Assembly (NCBI RefSeq): GCF_009914755.1
Contig: NC_060930.1
Length of the DNA: 64,000 nucleotides
Strand: one strand, 5' to 3'
Source of the DNA: the human T2T-CHM13v2.0 reference genome, Homo sapiens
This document shows, piece by piece, positions 52,159-64,000 of this stretch; position 1 is the stretch's first letter; every line of letters starts with the position of its first letter. The position numbers and the translations under genes are program-made. The notes beneath the pieces are model-generated. The model was not told the origin of the DNA, ran no database searches, and worked only from the letters and a program-made list of their open reading frames with translations.

Positions 52159-52621
52159 CAGTTGACCCTTAAGCAACATGGGTTTGAATGAGACAGATCC
52201 ACTTATACACGGATTTTTTCAACAAAAGTTGCACTGAGTGTGCCTGCATCTCCCACTCCCCTTTCACTTCCTCCATCTCTTCCATCTCTGCCATTCCTGA
52301 GAAAATCCCTCCTCTTCTTCCTCCTCCACAATCTACTCATGCAGACTATGGGGATAATAACCTTCATGATTCTCCACTTTCATTTAAAGAAGAGTAAATA
52401 CATTTGTTGTGATTTTAACATTTTCCTCTCTCAGCTTACTTTAAGAATACAGTATATAATACGTATAACATACAAAATACATGTAAGTCAACTGTTTATG
52501 TATCAGTAAGGCTTCTGGTCAACAGTAGGCTATTAGTAAAGTCCTGGGAAAGTCAAAAGTTACATGGAAATTTTTGACTGCGTGGGCACCCCTAACCCCA
52601 GTGTTGTTCAAGGGTCAACTG
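52159..52621. mobile_element. Tigger4/Zombi (MER46) non-autonomous element
   Basis: TIRs CAGTTGACCCTT...AAGGGTCAACTG with TA target duplications. Confidence 0.88.
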
Positions 52622-53279
52622 TAGTTCAAAATGGCATTCAATACAGGAAATTAAATACTTGACAAGAAAAAAAGATCACTTTCTAAAACTTCCAAGAGTT
52701 GGTCCAAGTCACACTGGGGGAACTCTGCTTCTCTGCTTTAATTTATTAAGTTTCTACTTAGACAAACAAGTGAACATGTAAGTACTAAGCACACATCACC
52801 CTCTTTCTATTACTACTCTGGGAATCGCCAACTTTTAGCACAAAAAAATCATCTTTGAGAAGATTCTGGCTTTCAGTTGATTTGTCATTAAAGGAGTCAG
52901 TTACACAAAGCATGGGCCAGTACATACTAACATTCATAAACAAAACATTATTATGCATTAGAAGACAGATCCACATAAGCTCAGAAGTAACTTTTCAATA
53001 TTGCATAGTGCACACAAAAAGATTTAATTAAAGTGTGGCTAACTTAGAAAAAATATTTTTTAAGTGTTCCTTGTAAGTTTACTCACAGATTCATAAAGGC
53101 ATCAGACTTAAAATTTCTCAGACTTATTAGTATGTTGACCTTTGGCAGATTAAAAATAACTTACTTCCATTCAAAGACGAGTTCTTTCAAGAACTATTTC
53201 TCGGAATTACTAAAGTGTTTTCTTAACAATCTTGGGATACAGGGTTACGCATCACCAGGCTTCCAGGCTGCTGGTGTGC

Positions 53280-54260
53280 GGACCTGGAGCCGGCGCGCAA
53301 GGTCTCAATGGCAGCTACAACAGGACCTCAGGCTCTTTGCTCAAGCACTCTGAGCCGCCGCTCCCCTATCCGTAAAATGGGTCACACGGCAGCGTACATA
53401 CACCCGCGCGAGGATCAAGTACGTGCACGCAAACGCTGACAACAGCGGCAGGCGCCTTTTAAGCGCTCAGGACAGCCAGAGCGGGATGCACGCCTAGGCA
53501 GACAGGTAACACCCGCCTCGCGTTCACTTTTCCGGAGAAATTCTCAAATCTCACGGAGTGGCAACTGCGCAAGGGCGAAGCGGCGCAGTCGGGGGCCAGC
53601 TCCAGCGGGCGGGGCCTGGAGTCAGCCCTCTGCAGCCCACGCCCCTCACCGGCGCAGGTGGGGACCGCGGGGGTGCGAACTGGCGGGGGTGGGCGGGGAG
53701 CCCAGCAGGCGGCTGACGGCGGGGATGGGGGCTGCGGGGATGGGGGCTGCGGGGCTGGGAACCGCGGGGGGTCGCGGGGCCCCGCAGGTGACCGACGGCG
53801 CCAGTGGGCGCGGCTGTCCCTTCACCGCTGAGGCCTGGACGGACGCCGCAGGCGGCCACCTCCGTGCAGCTGACGTCCATGTCCCGCTGGCCTTCGGCCA
53901 GGCCCTCCAGCCTCCCACACATACCTCCAGCCGTCCTGCCGCAGCTCACGGCCGGCACAGACAGGGCCCGGTAGGTCTCGCCGAAGACTCCGCGGCCGCC
54001 AGCCGCCGGCACCTCACTTCCGCCCGCCGCGAGCGCCGAGCGTGTAGATCCGCCTGGCAGTCGAGCGCCGAGTCCTCGATGGGCGGAGCCTTCAGGGGAG
54101 GGTAGAGGAGGGGAGGAGACCGGCGCGGGTGCTGGAGGTCAGCAGGGGCCGTGGGCGGTGGACGCTGGAATGCCTTGGGTTCCGAGGGACCCAGCTGCCT
54201 GAATGGACACGAGTAGGAGGTTTTTGCTGGGCGTCTTTGCGGTGGCGGGAAGCGGTGAGG
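53280..54260 (-). promoter_or_regulatory. CpG-island TATA-less promoter of EXOC2
   Basis: Very high GC and CpG density. ETS motif CGGAAGTG (minus, 54015-54022), GC box GGGCGGAGCC (54081-54090), CRE-like TGACGTC (53871-53877). Confidence 0.88.
53950..54070 (-). other. EXOC2: EXOC2 non-coding exon 1 (5' boundary approximate)
   Basis: Lies within the CpG island; donor GGCC|GTGAGC at 53950/53949; no ATG on the minus strand; consistent with EXOC2 having a UTR-only first exon. Confidence 0.7.
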
Positions 54261-54379
54261 GAGGGAAAGAAGGATACAAGCTCAAGGGGCAGGCCGGGTG
54301 CACCATCCATCCCCGTGCCCTCGGGTCATCTCAGGGAGACTGTGGGATGATAGTGCGTTTGTGGGCCACAGTTCACAAG

Positions 54380-54960
54380 GATGGGCCCTGCATCGGGTCA
54401 GAGGACCCCTCCGGAACAGGGGGATGCACAAGGTCAAGAGAATGCATGGAATCAGAGGGCTGCACCAGGTCAGGGGGGCTGCACCGAGACCAGAGGAAGC
54501 ATCAGGTCAGGAGGATGCACTGGAGTGTGCATCCCCAGGGGGCGACACTGGGTAAGGAGGATGCACCAGGTTAGGAGGCAGCACTGGGTCAGAAGGATGC
54601 ACTGGAATCAGGGGACTGTACCAGGTTGGGGGGCGTGCCTCAGGTCAGGAGGAGGCACTGGGGTCCGGGGGCAACATTGAGTCAGGGGCAGCCCTAGGTC
54701 AGGAGGATGCATGGGGTCAGGGGGCTGCAGGGGTTTGAGGGCTGCACTGGGTCAGGGCGCCATACCAGGTCAGGGGATGCGCAGGATCGGGGGAGATGCC
54801 CGGGGTCGTGGGATGCTGGGGGTTGGGGGGATGCTCGGGGTCGGGGAGTTCTCGAGGTCGGGGGATACTCGGGGTCAGGGGGTTCTCAGGGTTGGGGGGA
54901 TACTTAGGGTCAGGGGATGCTCTAGGTTGGGGGAAGCTCGGGTTCAGGGGCTATGGCCAG
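54380..54960. repeat. Degenerate G-rich tandem repeat (~18-19 bp, GGATGCACTGGGGTCAGG-like)
   Basis: Recurrent GGATGC...GGTCAGG units with G-runs on the plus strand. Confidence 0.75.
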
Positions 54961-55213
54961 GGAGGAAGGACAATCAGGAAAGTGGGGGTAGCGGATTCTG
55001 GAAGCTAAATAGTTTCAGGAAGGAGGAATTGATAGCCAATGTTCAGAAGTACTGTGAGGCCAAGACTCCAGAGACAATTGAGTTTGGCATATGCCAGTCA
55101 TTGGCATCCTTGACAAAAGCAGTTTCAAAGGAGTGTGGGGAAGCTACATCTCGTCAGAGTGGACTGTGAAAAGAATATTAAGTGAAGTGGAAAAAAGTAA
55201 GTTTCAACAACCT

Positions 55214-56808
55214 AGGTTGGCAGATTTAGCAATAAAAATACAAATACCCAGTAAAGTTTAATTTCAGATAAACAACAAGTAATTTGTAGTATAGATATAT
55301 TTATCACTAAACTAATGTTGCATGGGATATACTTCTACTAAAACATTGTTTTGAGAGGTGACAGCGTGCTGGCAGCCCTCACAGCCCTCGCTCGCTCTGG
55401 GCACCTCCTCGGCCTTGGCACCCACTCTGGCTGTGCTTGAGGAGCCCTTCAGCCCACCGCTGCACTGTGGGAGCCCCTTTCTAGGCTGGCCAAGGCCGGA
55501 GCCGGCTCCCTCAGCTTGTGGGGAGGTGTGGAGGGAGAGGCGCTGGTGGGAACCCGGGCTGCGTGCGGCACTTGCGGGCCAGCGCGAGTTCTGGGTGGGC
55601 GTGGGCTCAGCGGGCCGGCACTCGGAGCGGCCAGCCAACCCGCCGGCCCTGGGCAGTGAGGGGCTTAGCACCTGGGCCAGCAGCTGCTGTGCTCAATTTC
55701 TCCCCGGGCCTTAGCTGCCTTCCCGCGGGGCAGGGCTGGGGACCTGCAGCCTGCCGTGCCTGAGCCAACCCCCCCCGCCATGGGCTTCCGTGCGCCCGAG
55801 CCTCCCCGACGAGCGCTGCCCCCTGCTTCACGGCCCCCAGTCCCATCGACCACCCAAGGGCTGAGGAGTGTGGGCGCATGGCTCGGGACTGGCAGGCGGC
55901 TCCACCTGCGGCCCCGGTCGGGATCCACTGGGTGAAGCCAGCTGGGTTCCTGAGTCTGGTGGGGACTTGGAGAACCTTTATGTCTAGCCCAGGGATTATA
56001 AATACACCAATCGGCACACTGTATCTAGCTCAAGGTTTGTAAACACACCAGTCCGCACCCTGTGTCTAGCTCAGGGTTTGTGAATGCACCAATCGACACT
56101 CTGTATCTAGCTACTCTGGTGGGGACTTGGAGAACCTTTGTGTCCAAAATCTGTGTCTAGCTAATCTCGTGGGGAGGTGGAGAACTTTTGTGTCCAGCTC
56201 AGGGATTGTAAACGCACCAATCAGCACCCTGTCAAAATGGACCGATCAGCTCTCTGTAAAATGGACCAATCGGCTCTCTGTAAAATGGACCAATCGGCTC
56301 TCTGTAAAATGGACCAATCAGCAGGATGTGGGTGGGGACCAGATAAGAGAATAAACGCAGCCTGCCCGAGCTGGCAGTGGTAGTTTGCTCCGGTTTCTTT
56401 CCACACTGTGGAAGTTTTATTTTTTTGCTCTTTGGGGTAAATCTGGCTGCTGTTTATACTTTGGGTCCACACTGCCTCTATGAGCTGTAACTCTCGCCGC
56501 GAAGGTCTCTAGCTTCACTCCTGAACCAGCGAGATCACGACCCTACCAGAAGGAAGAAACTCCGAACACATCTGAACATCAGAAGGAGCAAACTCCAGAT
56601 ACGCCGCCTTTAGGAACTGTAACACATACCGCAAGGGTCCGCGGCTTCATTCTTGAAGTCAGTGAGACCAAGAACTTACCAATTCCAGACACAGTTTTAG
56701 TATTTGTTAGTAAAAGTACGGCCCCAATATTGCACGGGACATACGTATACTAAATTGTTACTATCTGAAATTCACATTTAACTGGATGTTCTGTATTTTC
56801 ATCTGGCT
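55214..56808. mobile_element. MER53 palindromic DNA element split by the LTR12 (parts ~55214-55351 and ~56694-56808)
   Basis: Left part AGGTTGGCAGATTTAGCAATAAAAATAC..TTTCAGATAAACAAC; right part ATCTGAAATTCACATTTAACTGG..ATCTGGC is its reverse complement. Confidence 0.75.
55352..56693 (+). mobile_element. Solo LTR12 (ERV9; LTR12C/E-like)
   Basis: TGAGAGGTGACAGCGTGCTGGCAG ... CCAATTCCAGACACA. 4-bp TSD GTTT. Repeated CCAAT motifs, 24-bp AAAATGGACCAATC repeats, AATAAA box near 56350. Confidence 0.95.
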
Positions 56809-57573
56809 ACTTTGACAACCCCTCTGAGGAGTTGTGTGACAAAGGGAGCAGAGATGGGCGGTAGTTGCTAGAGAGGCATGGTATCAAGGAAAAAGTCTGT
56901 TTTAAGATGGGAGCTATTAACAAAACATGTAAAGAGGGAACCGCTGATGCAGGAGAGAGGGAGCAACTGCAGAGCAAGTCTTTGAGAAAGGTAAGAGAGG
57001 GTAGGACCTGTTGCACGAGGGCAGAGGTTGTTCTTAGGAGCCACCAGAGTTGAGCTGTGTAGTAGGAGAGTGAGCGGAATGTGAAGCTATAGCTGTGGGT
57101 TGGTAGACATGGTGAGGAGAAAGTGAGAAAATACTCTTCTGGTTGCTTCTATGTTAACAAAGGAACCAACAAGATCATCTGTGAGCAGGGGGTGGGGACG
57201 AGGGAGGACTGAGAAGGGGTGAGATTGTTAACTTAGACATTGTAAGGCGAATTGTTAAGGATATGTAGCCAGATTGCCAGGGAGGGCAGAATGCCCACTT
57301 GGGATGTGTGGTCTTAAGTCTCAAATGGAACCAGTCGGCCTGCTTGTGTTGTTTTGGCTGCTCTAGTGCAGGCAGGGAGTTAGAAAATTAGTTGTAGCTG
57401 AGATTGGAGTTTGACACAGAAGATGGAGCAGGGAACAGAGGAGTTCGGGTTCTATGCAGAGAAATAACATCAGACAGGATCATGGGGTTTAAGCTGGTGT
57501 GACAGGATATTTAGATGGGTTTTTCTGGTTATCCTGGAATTGGCCACTTGAACTGGCAAAGAAGGCAGATAAC

Positions 57574-57696
57574 TAAGGTGACCACATGTTCCACTTTGCG
57601 TGGGATGACTGATTTGTGTCTGTTAGGATGGCTTAATTATTGAGTGCCCTTTTTACTGTCAAAAGTGTTCCTTTTAGACGCTATATGGTCACCCTA
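57574..57696. mobile_element. MER96-like hAT MITE
   Basis: Inverted ends TAAGGTGACCACAT ... ATATGGTCACCCTA. Confidence 0.6.
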
Positions 57697-57727
57697 AAGT
57701 CTCCCCGCACTATAGAGAAAGCCCCCT

Positions 57728-58029
<302 letters not shown>

Positions 58030-58050
58030 AAAGCCCCCAGCAATTGGGTA

Positions 58051-58208
58051 AGACACCTCTTGGAGCTTATGAGGAATTCACTCAGCTGTTTTAATCTGGG
58101 TTAGACGCCTCTTGGAGCTTATGAGGAATTCACTCAGCTGTTTTAATCTGGGTTAGATGCCTTTTGGAGCTTATGAGGAATTCACTCAGCTGTTTTAATC
58201 TGGGTTAG
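58051..58208. repeat. Tandem repeat, 52 bp x3
   Basis: AGAC(A/G)CCTCTTGGAGCTTATGAGGAATTCACTCAGCTGTTTTAATCTGGGTT at 58051, 58103 and 58155. Confidence 0.95.
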
Positions 58209-58299
58209 TACCTGTTGGCTCGAGGCACCCACGAGCCTGTGCTTGCTGCTGTCAGAGTGGAGCTGAGCATCAGTGTGGAGTTCTTGGCGGAGTTGGGCT

Positions 58300-60050
58300 G
58301 CCCTCAGGACTATATGTGACCAAGAGTATGTGCCTGCTTTTGGTGCAGAAATTCCCAAAGGTAGGAGACCTGCTGGAGAAACATAAGAGCTGGATGGAGA
58401 GGAGGGTGGCCAGGAAGCAGCTGCACAACCATGCTGTGGATATCACAGCCTCTCAGCTCAAGAACTCACACATGCTCCTCACACAAACAGTATTTGGCCC
58501 ATCTATGTGTCTTACACGAATGCCTGCCCGGCAGACAGCATCCGCAGCAGAGCACAGAGCAAATGGGATGATTCAGCTAGGGCAGGTCAGGCAGTCTCTG
58601 CACAATGGGCCTGTGAATGGAATGGCCATTCACAGGGTTGGAGGCTACAGGGACCCACAGAAAAAGGCAGATCTAGACAATGCCTCTGCCCTCTCCAGCC
58701 GTAGAGGCCAATGGGCAGCCCATGGTATGGTGGCTGCCGTCTCTCGGTGGCAAGTTGATTTCCATAGGCCCAGATGCATATTCTGGGTTTGGGTTTGGGT
58801 TTGTCTTCCTTGCTTGTAGAGCCTTCCAGGCATGACTACCCAATTGCTTACAGAATGTCTTGCCTTATCACAGGATTTCCCATAATACCACCTTGGACCA
58901 AGCACCCTTGTAAGAGCGAAAGAGGCAGACAGAGGGGACGTGACCGCAAGCTCCACTGGTTCCACCATAGATCGCACACCCCAGACTGCCACCCTGATAG
59001 GACATCAGCATGGCCCCACAAAGGCACAGCGAACGCTCCAGCAGAGTTGGAAGCTGTGCTGTGGGATGCAGTATATATTCAGAGCCTAATATCAGTGTAT
59101 GGTACAGCATCCCCAGTAGCCAGGGTCCTGGCCCCTGGGATGTGCCGAAGATGCTCTCCTGGGTGACACAGGGTTCACTAAATCTAAAAGCCTCTCCTTA
59201 TTTGGGATCCTCATGGATCCCAGGCAACAAAATTTGGTCCTGGTTATGAGTAGGAAATGGGAGGGAGGATTATTTCTGGAATGCAGGGGACTCACTGGGC
59301 ATCTTTTCCTTGGCTGGTGATACCAGTAAACTGGCAATGCAGCAACCCTGGCCTGACAAGGAATGATAACCAAGGGCTCAGACCTCACAGGGAAGAAGGT
59401 CTGGGTCACCTCGTTGAGGAAGCAGCCTGGGCCACAGAAGTGCTAGCTGCAGGTGAAGAGAACCGAGCCGGGTGATTAAGGAAGAAGATGATGAAAATCA
59501 CTGTAGCCTTAGAACTAACTGCAGCAGTGGGCATTATAGCCCAACCTATTGACCCTCCTGAGGTGGGTTTTTTCCCCCAGTAAAGTATGACTGGACACCA
59601 TCATGAGGAATCAGGGCCAGGACAGAGATCTGTAGCCGTGGATCCGCCATACCAGGCAGGATGGTAACAGAGGCCATCAGTGCCCATCCAGATTCCCCCA
59701 ACTGAAGGCTGCTTTCTGGGAACACCTGCATCTCTCTTTGTGCTTGAGGGATTTCTTTTTGGAGCAGAGCAAGCTGGAAGCCCTAGAGAGTTAATTCAGA
59801 AGAAGGCCTCGGCCAATGGCAGGCAAAGAGTTGGTGTGTAAATGCCCTGGCGGGGGTAGCTTGGCTGGTTGCACGTGCCCCATTGCATGGCAGAGTCCCA
59901 GGGAGCTGCTCCAGTCTCCCTCGGGGAAGTGCCCCATAGCACACCTTTATTGGCCTCCCCACTCCCCTCCTGCTCTTTCCTGCTGTCACCTCCCAAGTGA
60001 AATGCTAGCCCTGGATCAGCTTCTGGGGGAATCCAGTCAAGGTTGTTATT
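58300..60050 (+). mobile_element. Ancient ERVL internal remnant (integrase region) followed by an LTR16-like LTR (~59631-60050)
   Basis: RWQVDF near 58745 resembles ERVL integrase WQVDYIGP; downstream TGTAG...CTTCTGGGGGAATCC LTR-like block. Confidence 0.55.
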
Positions 60051-60099
60051 ATCACAGACTAAAACAACCTATACTTATTACAATTCAAAGATATATATA

Positions 60100-60367
60100 T
60101 TTGTTATTAGAGACAGGGTCTCACTCTGTCACCCAGGCTGGGTTGCAATTGTGAGATCCTAGCTCACTGTAGCCTTGAACTACTGGGCTTAAGGGATGCT
60201 CCTCCTCAGCCTCCAGAGTAACTAGGACTACAGATGCGTGCCACCATGCCTGCGTAATTTTTGTTGCTGTTTTTTGTAGAAATGGGATCTCGCTGTGCTG
60301 CCCAGGCTAGTCCCGAACTCCTGTGCTCAAGCAGTCCTCCCATGGCATGAGCCACCACACCCAGCCT
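60100..60367 (-). mobile_element. AluJ
   Basis: Diverged reverse Alu with a deletion. Confidence 0.85.
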
Positions 60368-63300
60368 CAAATATCTATGTGCTGAATTGCACACTTTTTA
60401 GGGAAGTACATCCTGGAACAAAAAAGTGATGTGGAATCTAGCATGACTTCATTTTCCTCTCCTTTTTATCAGAGGATGTGTTGAAGTGCAGCCAGTATGC
60501 AATCACTTGACTGTCCCCAGCGTCATCAATTATAAAGAGCAAGGGGGAAGCTAGGAAATGTGAATCTGAGGCTTGGCGGCAGCATTTGAAAAAAATAAAG
60601 TGAGAAATCCCTGGCAGCGGCATGCCCCCTTTACAGTGAAACCAAACCCTCTGGGTCTCGGTGACTTGCCGTTTCCCAGGTTAGGTGATCCTGCCATTAA
60701 GCCAGGATGTATGGGCCTTGAGAACACACAGATTTTCCTGGATTAAAAAAATAAATAACACTGTATTCCTGAAACAAAAACACTCAGAATAGGAAAGAGA
60801 CTCTTTTGTTAACATAAAGAGTACTGGTGGTGTTTTCTTTCTTTTTTCTTACATTTCTGGTCCTAATTCCAAAGCCAGCTAGCAAACATTAGTGCAGTAT
60901 ATGCAGAAGTTGGCAGCAAATAAAATCATTAAACCTAAAATTGCAGTGGTAGCTGTTAGAGCGATTGAATATCGTTGCATAGCTTTGTGTTTTCAATTCT
61001 GTCTCAGGTTTTGTTTGACCTGGAGAGAAAGAATAACTCTGAAGCATGAAATCCCTTTGCAAACAGTCTTTAGAAGTACTAGGAGAGACACAATTCCCTG
61101 TTCTTAGATTTTTTTAATGTTAAATCAACACCTTTTGTGTTCTGTAGTGTGTGGCACATCAGTGTGTGGTAAGCCATAATTAGTACAGAACCTAACCCTC
61201 AAAACTACTGTAATTTGCTGTATCTTAGACATCCTTTTTACTGAAGACTAATGATTATTTGGTCTTCTGTTATTCACAGGCTCTCAACTCCATGCTTGCA
61301 GATTCCTGCCTTATTCACTGTTGTAGATACCACAGAGCTTCCTAGCACAGTTATTCAATACATCAGGCTGCCCATTCAGTAACAGCACTCACCACAACCT
61401 GTAAATACAGTATTATCTATTTGTTTTCTAAAAATGTTTCTCTCCCCTCACTAGAATGTAAACTTAAGAGGAGGGATGCTGTAATGCTCATCCATGCCTC
61501 ACACATAATAGATGCTCAACAAATACGCGTTGCCTCAAAAACAAAAATAAGAATACAGTACATTGTGATAGCAACAGAGTTGGAGGAGATGCCTGTGTCC
61601 AGTTGTCTAGTTCAAAATATGCTGAGTGGCCACTTAAAGACACAAAATTATCAGCAAAATTTGATATGTACACATCTTGACAATAAATGGACGATTGAGA
61701 TGTTTCACCAAATACCACCCAGCATTGCCATGCTTTGCTGGAGCCTTCTGTGTTTTAGGATTACAGGACAATTTGAAATTCTGCAGGACTGCAAGTTTCA
61801 ACTCTGTTTTAGCAATTCCTGGATTGGACCTATTAGTTAAGGAAGCCCCTTACATCCTTTTGTTTTAACCTTAATCGTACTATGGTGTGCTCCTAGCAAA
61901 TGCCTTTAAGTGGACTTAACCATCTTCTTTTATGTTGGCTTCAGAGCTTTTTATATTCAGAGCTCTGTATATCAAAAGTCCTTAAAATAGTCAAACGTCT
62001 CCAATCAATTTTACAGCAAAACAGAGCTCTGTGGTTTTCTATTTACTTGCTATTTGCATATTTTAATAAGAAAATTGTAAATAAAGCTGGTTCTACAGCA
62101 GGGATATGGTATTACAATAGTGTTACTCCAACCATATGGCCGTGCTGCCATCCAGCACAATAATGCAGATGTGTTTTGCACCTGTGTTTATATCTGGGCG
62201 TCTCTGGCAGTGGGCTGTGTCTGTAGGTGGTCCAGAAGGAAAGGAGAAATTGAGGAGAGGCACACACTGCCAGAGATATGAGAGCCCAGTACCTGGAGAG
62301 AGGGAACAACTCAGTCAGAATGTGAAAATGTCTGTGCTTAGTGAGGACCTGGGTTCTCTCCCGGCCCTGCCAGCCCTGCCCTGTGCTGCAGAGGGCAGGA
62401 ATAACCTAATTATGTGATTTTCTGTGAAAAAGGATTTAGATCTCTTTATGTTCTAAAAGAAGGATTTCTAACGGACCGCATGATAGCATTTTAACTTAAA
62501 TTGCTAGCTGGGAGTGGGTGGTTGATTTTTTGTTTTGGGGTGGTTTGTTTGTTTTGTCTTGTCTTTTGGAATTCTCCATTTGAAGGTCCTCTTTATTCAG
62601 TGGGAACAAGGCCAATTTGCATTTTGTCAGTGATGTCAGCAGTAATAGGAAAGACATGGGAAATGGCACCATCTTCCCAGTTTTACCCACTGATGTGATG
62701 GTGTGCAGTGTGGACTGAGTCTTAGGGCAGCAGCCGCTGGCTTGCCACTCTGCACCTCCGCTGTCCAGGCATATCACCCCACCCGGAGCAGAAGCACTAG
62801 CTGCAGCTGCACGTCGGAGGGAGACACGGTGCTGGCCTCTGGCCTTTGCTGCAGGATCTGAGCCTTGCTGACACTCATTTATGAAGGCTTCCCACTGCCC
62901 AGGAGCATCAGGATCGCCTTGCATATGAAACGCGGTATAAAGCCTGTCCTTTATACCTCATTTCTTTTGATCTAACATGACATGAATTTTATCTGAGTTT
63001 TTCATTGCTCCCTTGGTTTTGCACAAACCCAGTAAAATATTTTTCACTCCTTAACAGCAGATTTCTCACCCTTTGTGTTTGGTAGGTTTCCCCTAAGATG
63101 CCAACTGAGCTGCGTTCCCCTCTCAGGCACACACTATAATTTCTGAAGGTGATGGCATGCACCGGAGTGCCCACCAGTTGTGTCCTGGCCACACTCCAGT
63201 GGAGGTCCCTGGATGTCCTGCCCCCTGCAGGTAGTTGCCTCCTGTGAGCTCATCTTTGAACTCTCTGTGGTACTAAAGGACGAGGAGTACATGCAGGATT

Positions 63301-63684
63301 GAAGATAATTTTCAGGACACACTTTAGCCAACAGCCTGAACCTTTGTTCTTCCTGACTGAGCCCTTGTAACAAAGATGAGAACATAGAACATAGCCAGTT
63401 AATTTGAGTTTGAATTTATTTTTTCACACCTGGTGAAGAAAATAATAAAAATGTTTAGCAGTGAGAAACTAAAAATGAAGAAATGAAAATATCCACAGCC
63501 CCTGAAAAATCAAGAGTTGACTATAGGACTGTTGGTTTGAAAAAAAAATTACATTGAAAATTCCAAACCTTACATTCTGGATCCTGCCTGATACTGACCC
63601 TGATTGTTTGACCTCTTGAGAGTTCCAGTTGTCTCATTTGAAAAGTAAGATAGTTGGATAGGAGAATCTCAAAAATCCCTTTAA

Positions 63685-64000
<316 letters not shown>

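Noticed and set aside
54011-54020. GAA|GTGAGG as the exon 1 donor
   Set aside because: Overlaps the ETS motif and would leave a very short exon; 53950 is preferred, though minor use cannot be excluded.
53551-56017. Many 70-150 aa ORFs around the promoter and LTR12
   Set aside because: Expected from GC-rich, stop-poor sequence; no domain similarity.

Overview
Human (or very close primate) genomic DNA, recognisable as the 5' end of EXOC2 (SEC5, exocyst; 6p25.3) on the minus strand. It contains the CpG-island promoter and non-coding exon 1 (~53950-54070), an intron of about 52.9 kb, and the first coding exon (910-1070; ATG at 1027). The intron carries two retrocopies on the host strand. One is the intact intronless gene HUS1B (19318-20154, 278 aa, Tyr at codon 268). 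The other is a decayed processed pseudogene of MARK2 (~30840-32100) running from the kinase C-lobe through UBA to KA1, visible only by stitching frames. The rest is repeat-rich: a near full-length L1PB, a near full-length Tigger1, about 20 Alu/FLAM/FAM copies, MaLR/ERV LTRs, and two minisatellites (37 bp x7.2; 53/55 bp x17). Upstream of the promoter are a solo LTR12 splitting a MER53 and an ERVL remnant. I see no evidence for a wholly new biological system. The best leads are the MARK2 retrocopy and the isoform it may have captured, possible EXOC2-HUS1B transcriptional coupling, the VNTRs and several local rearrangements. Repeat subfamily names come from remembered consensus sequences and need RepeatMasker/Dfam confirmation.
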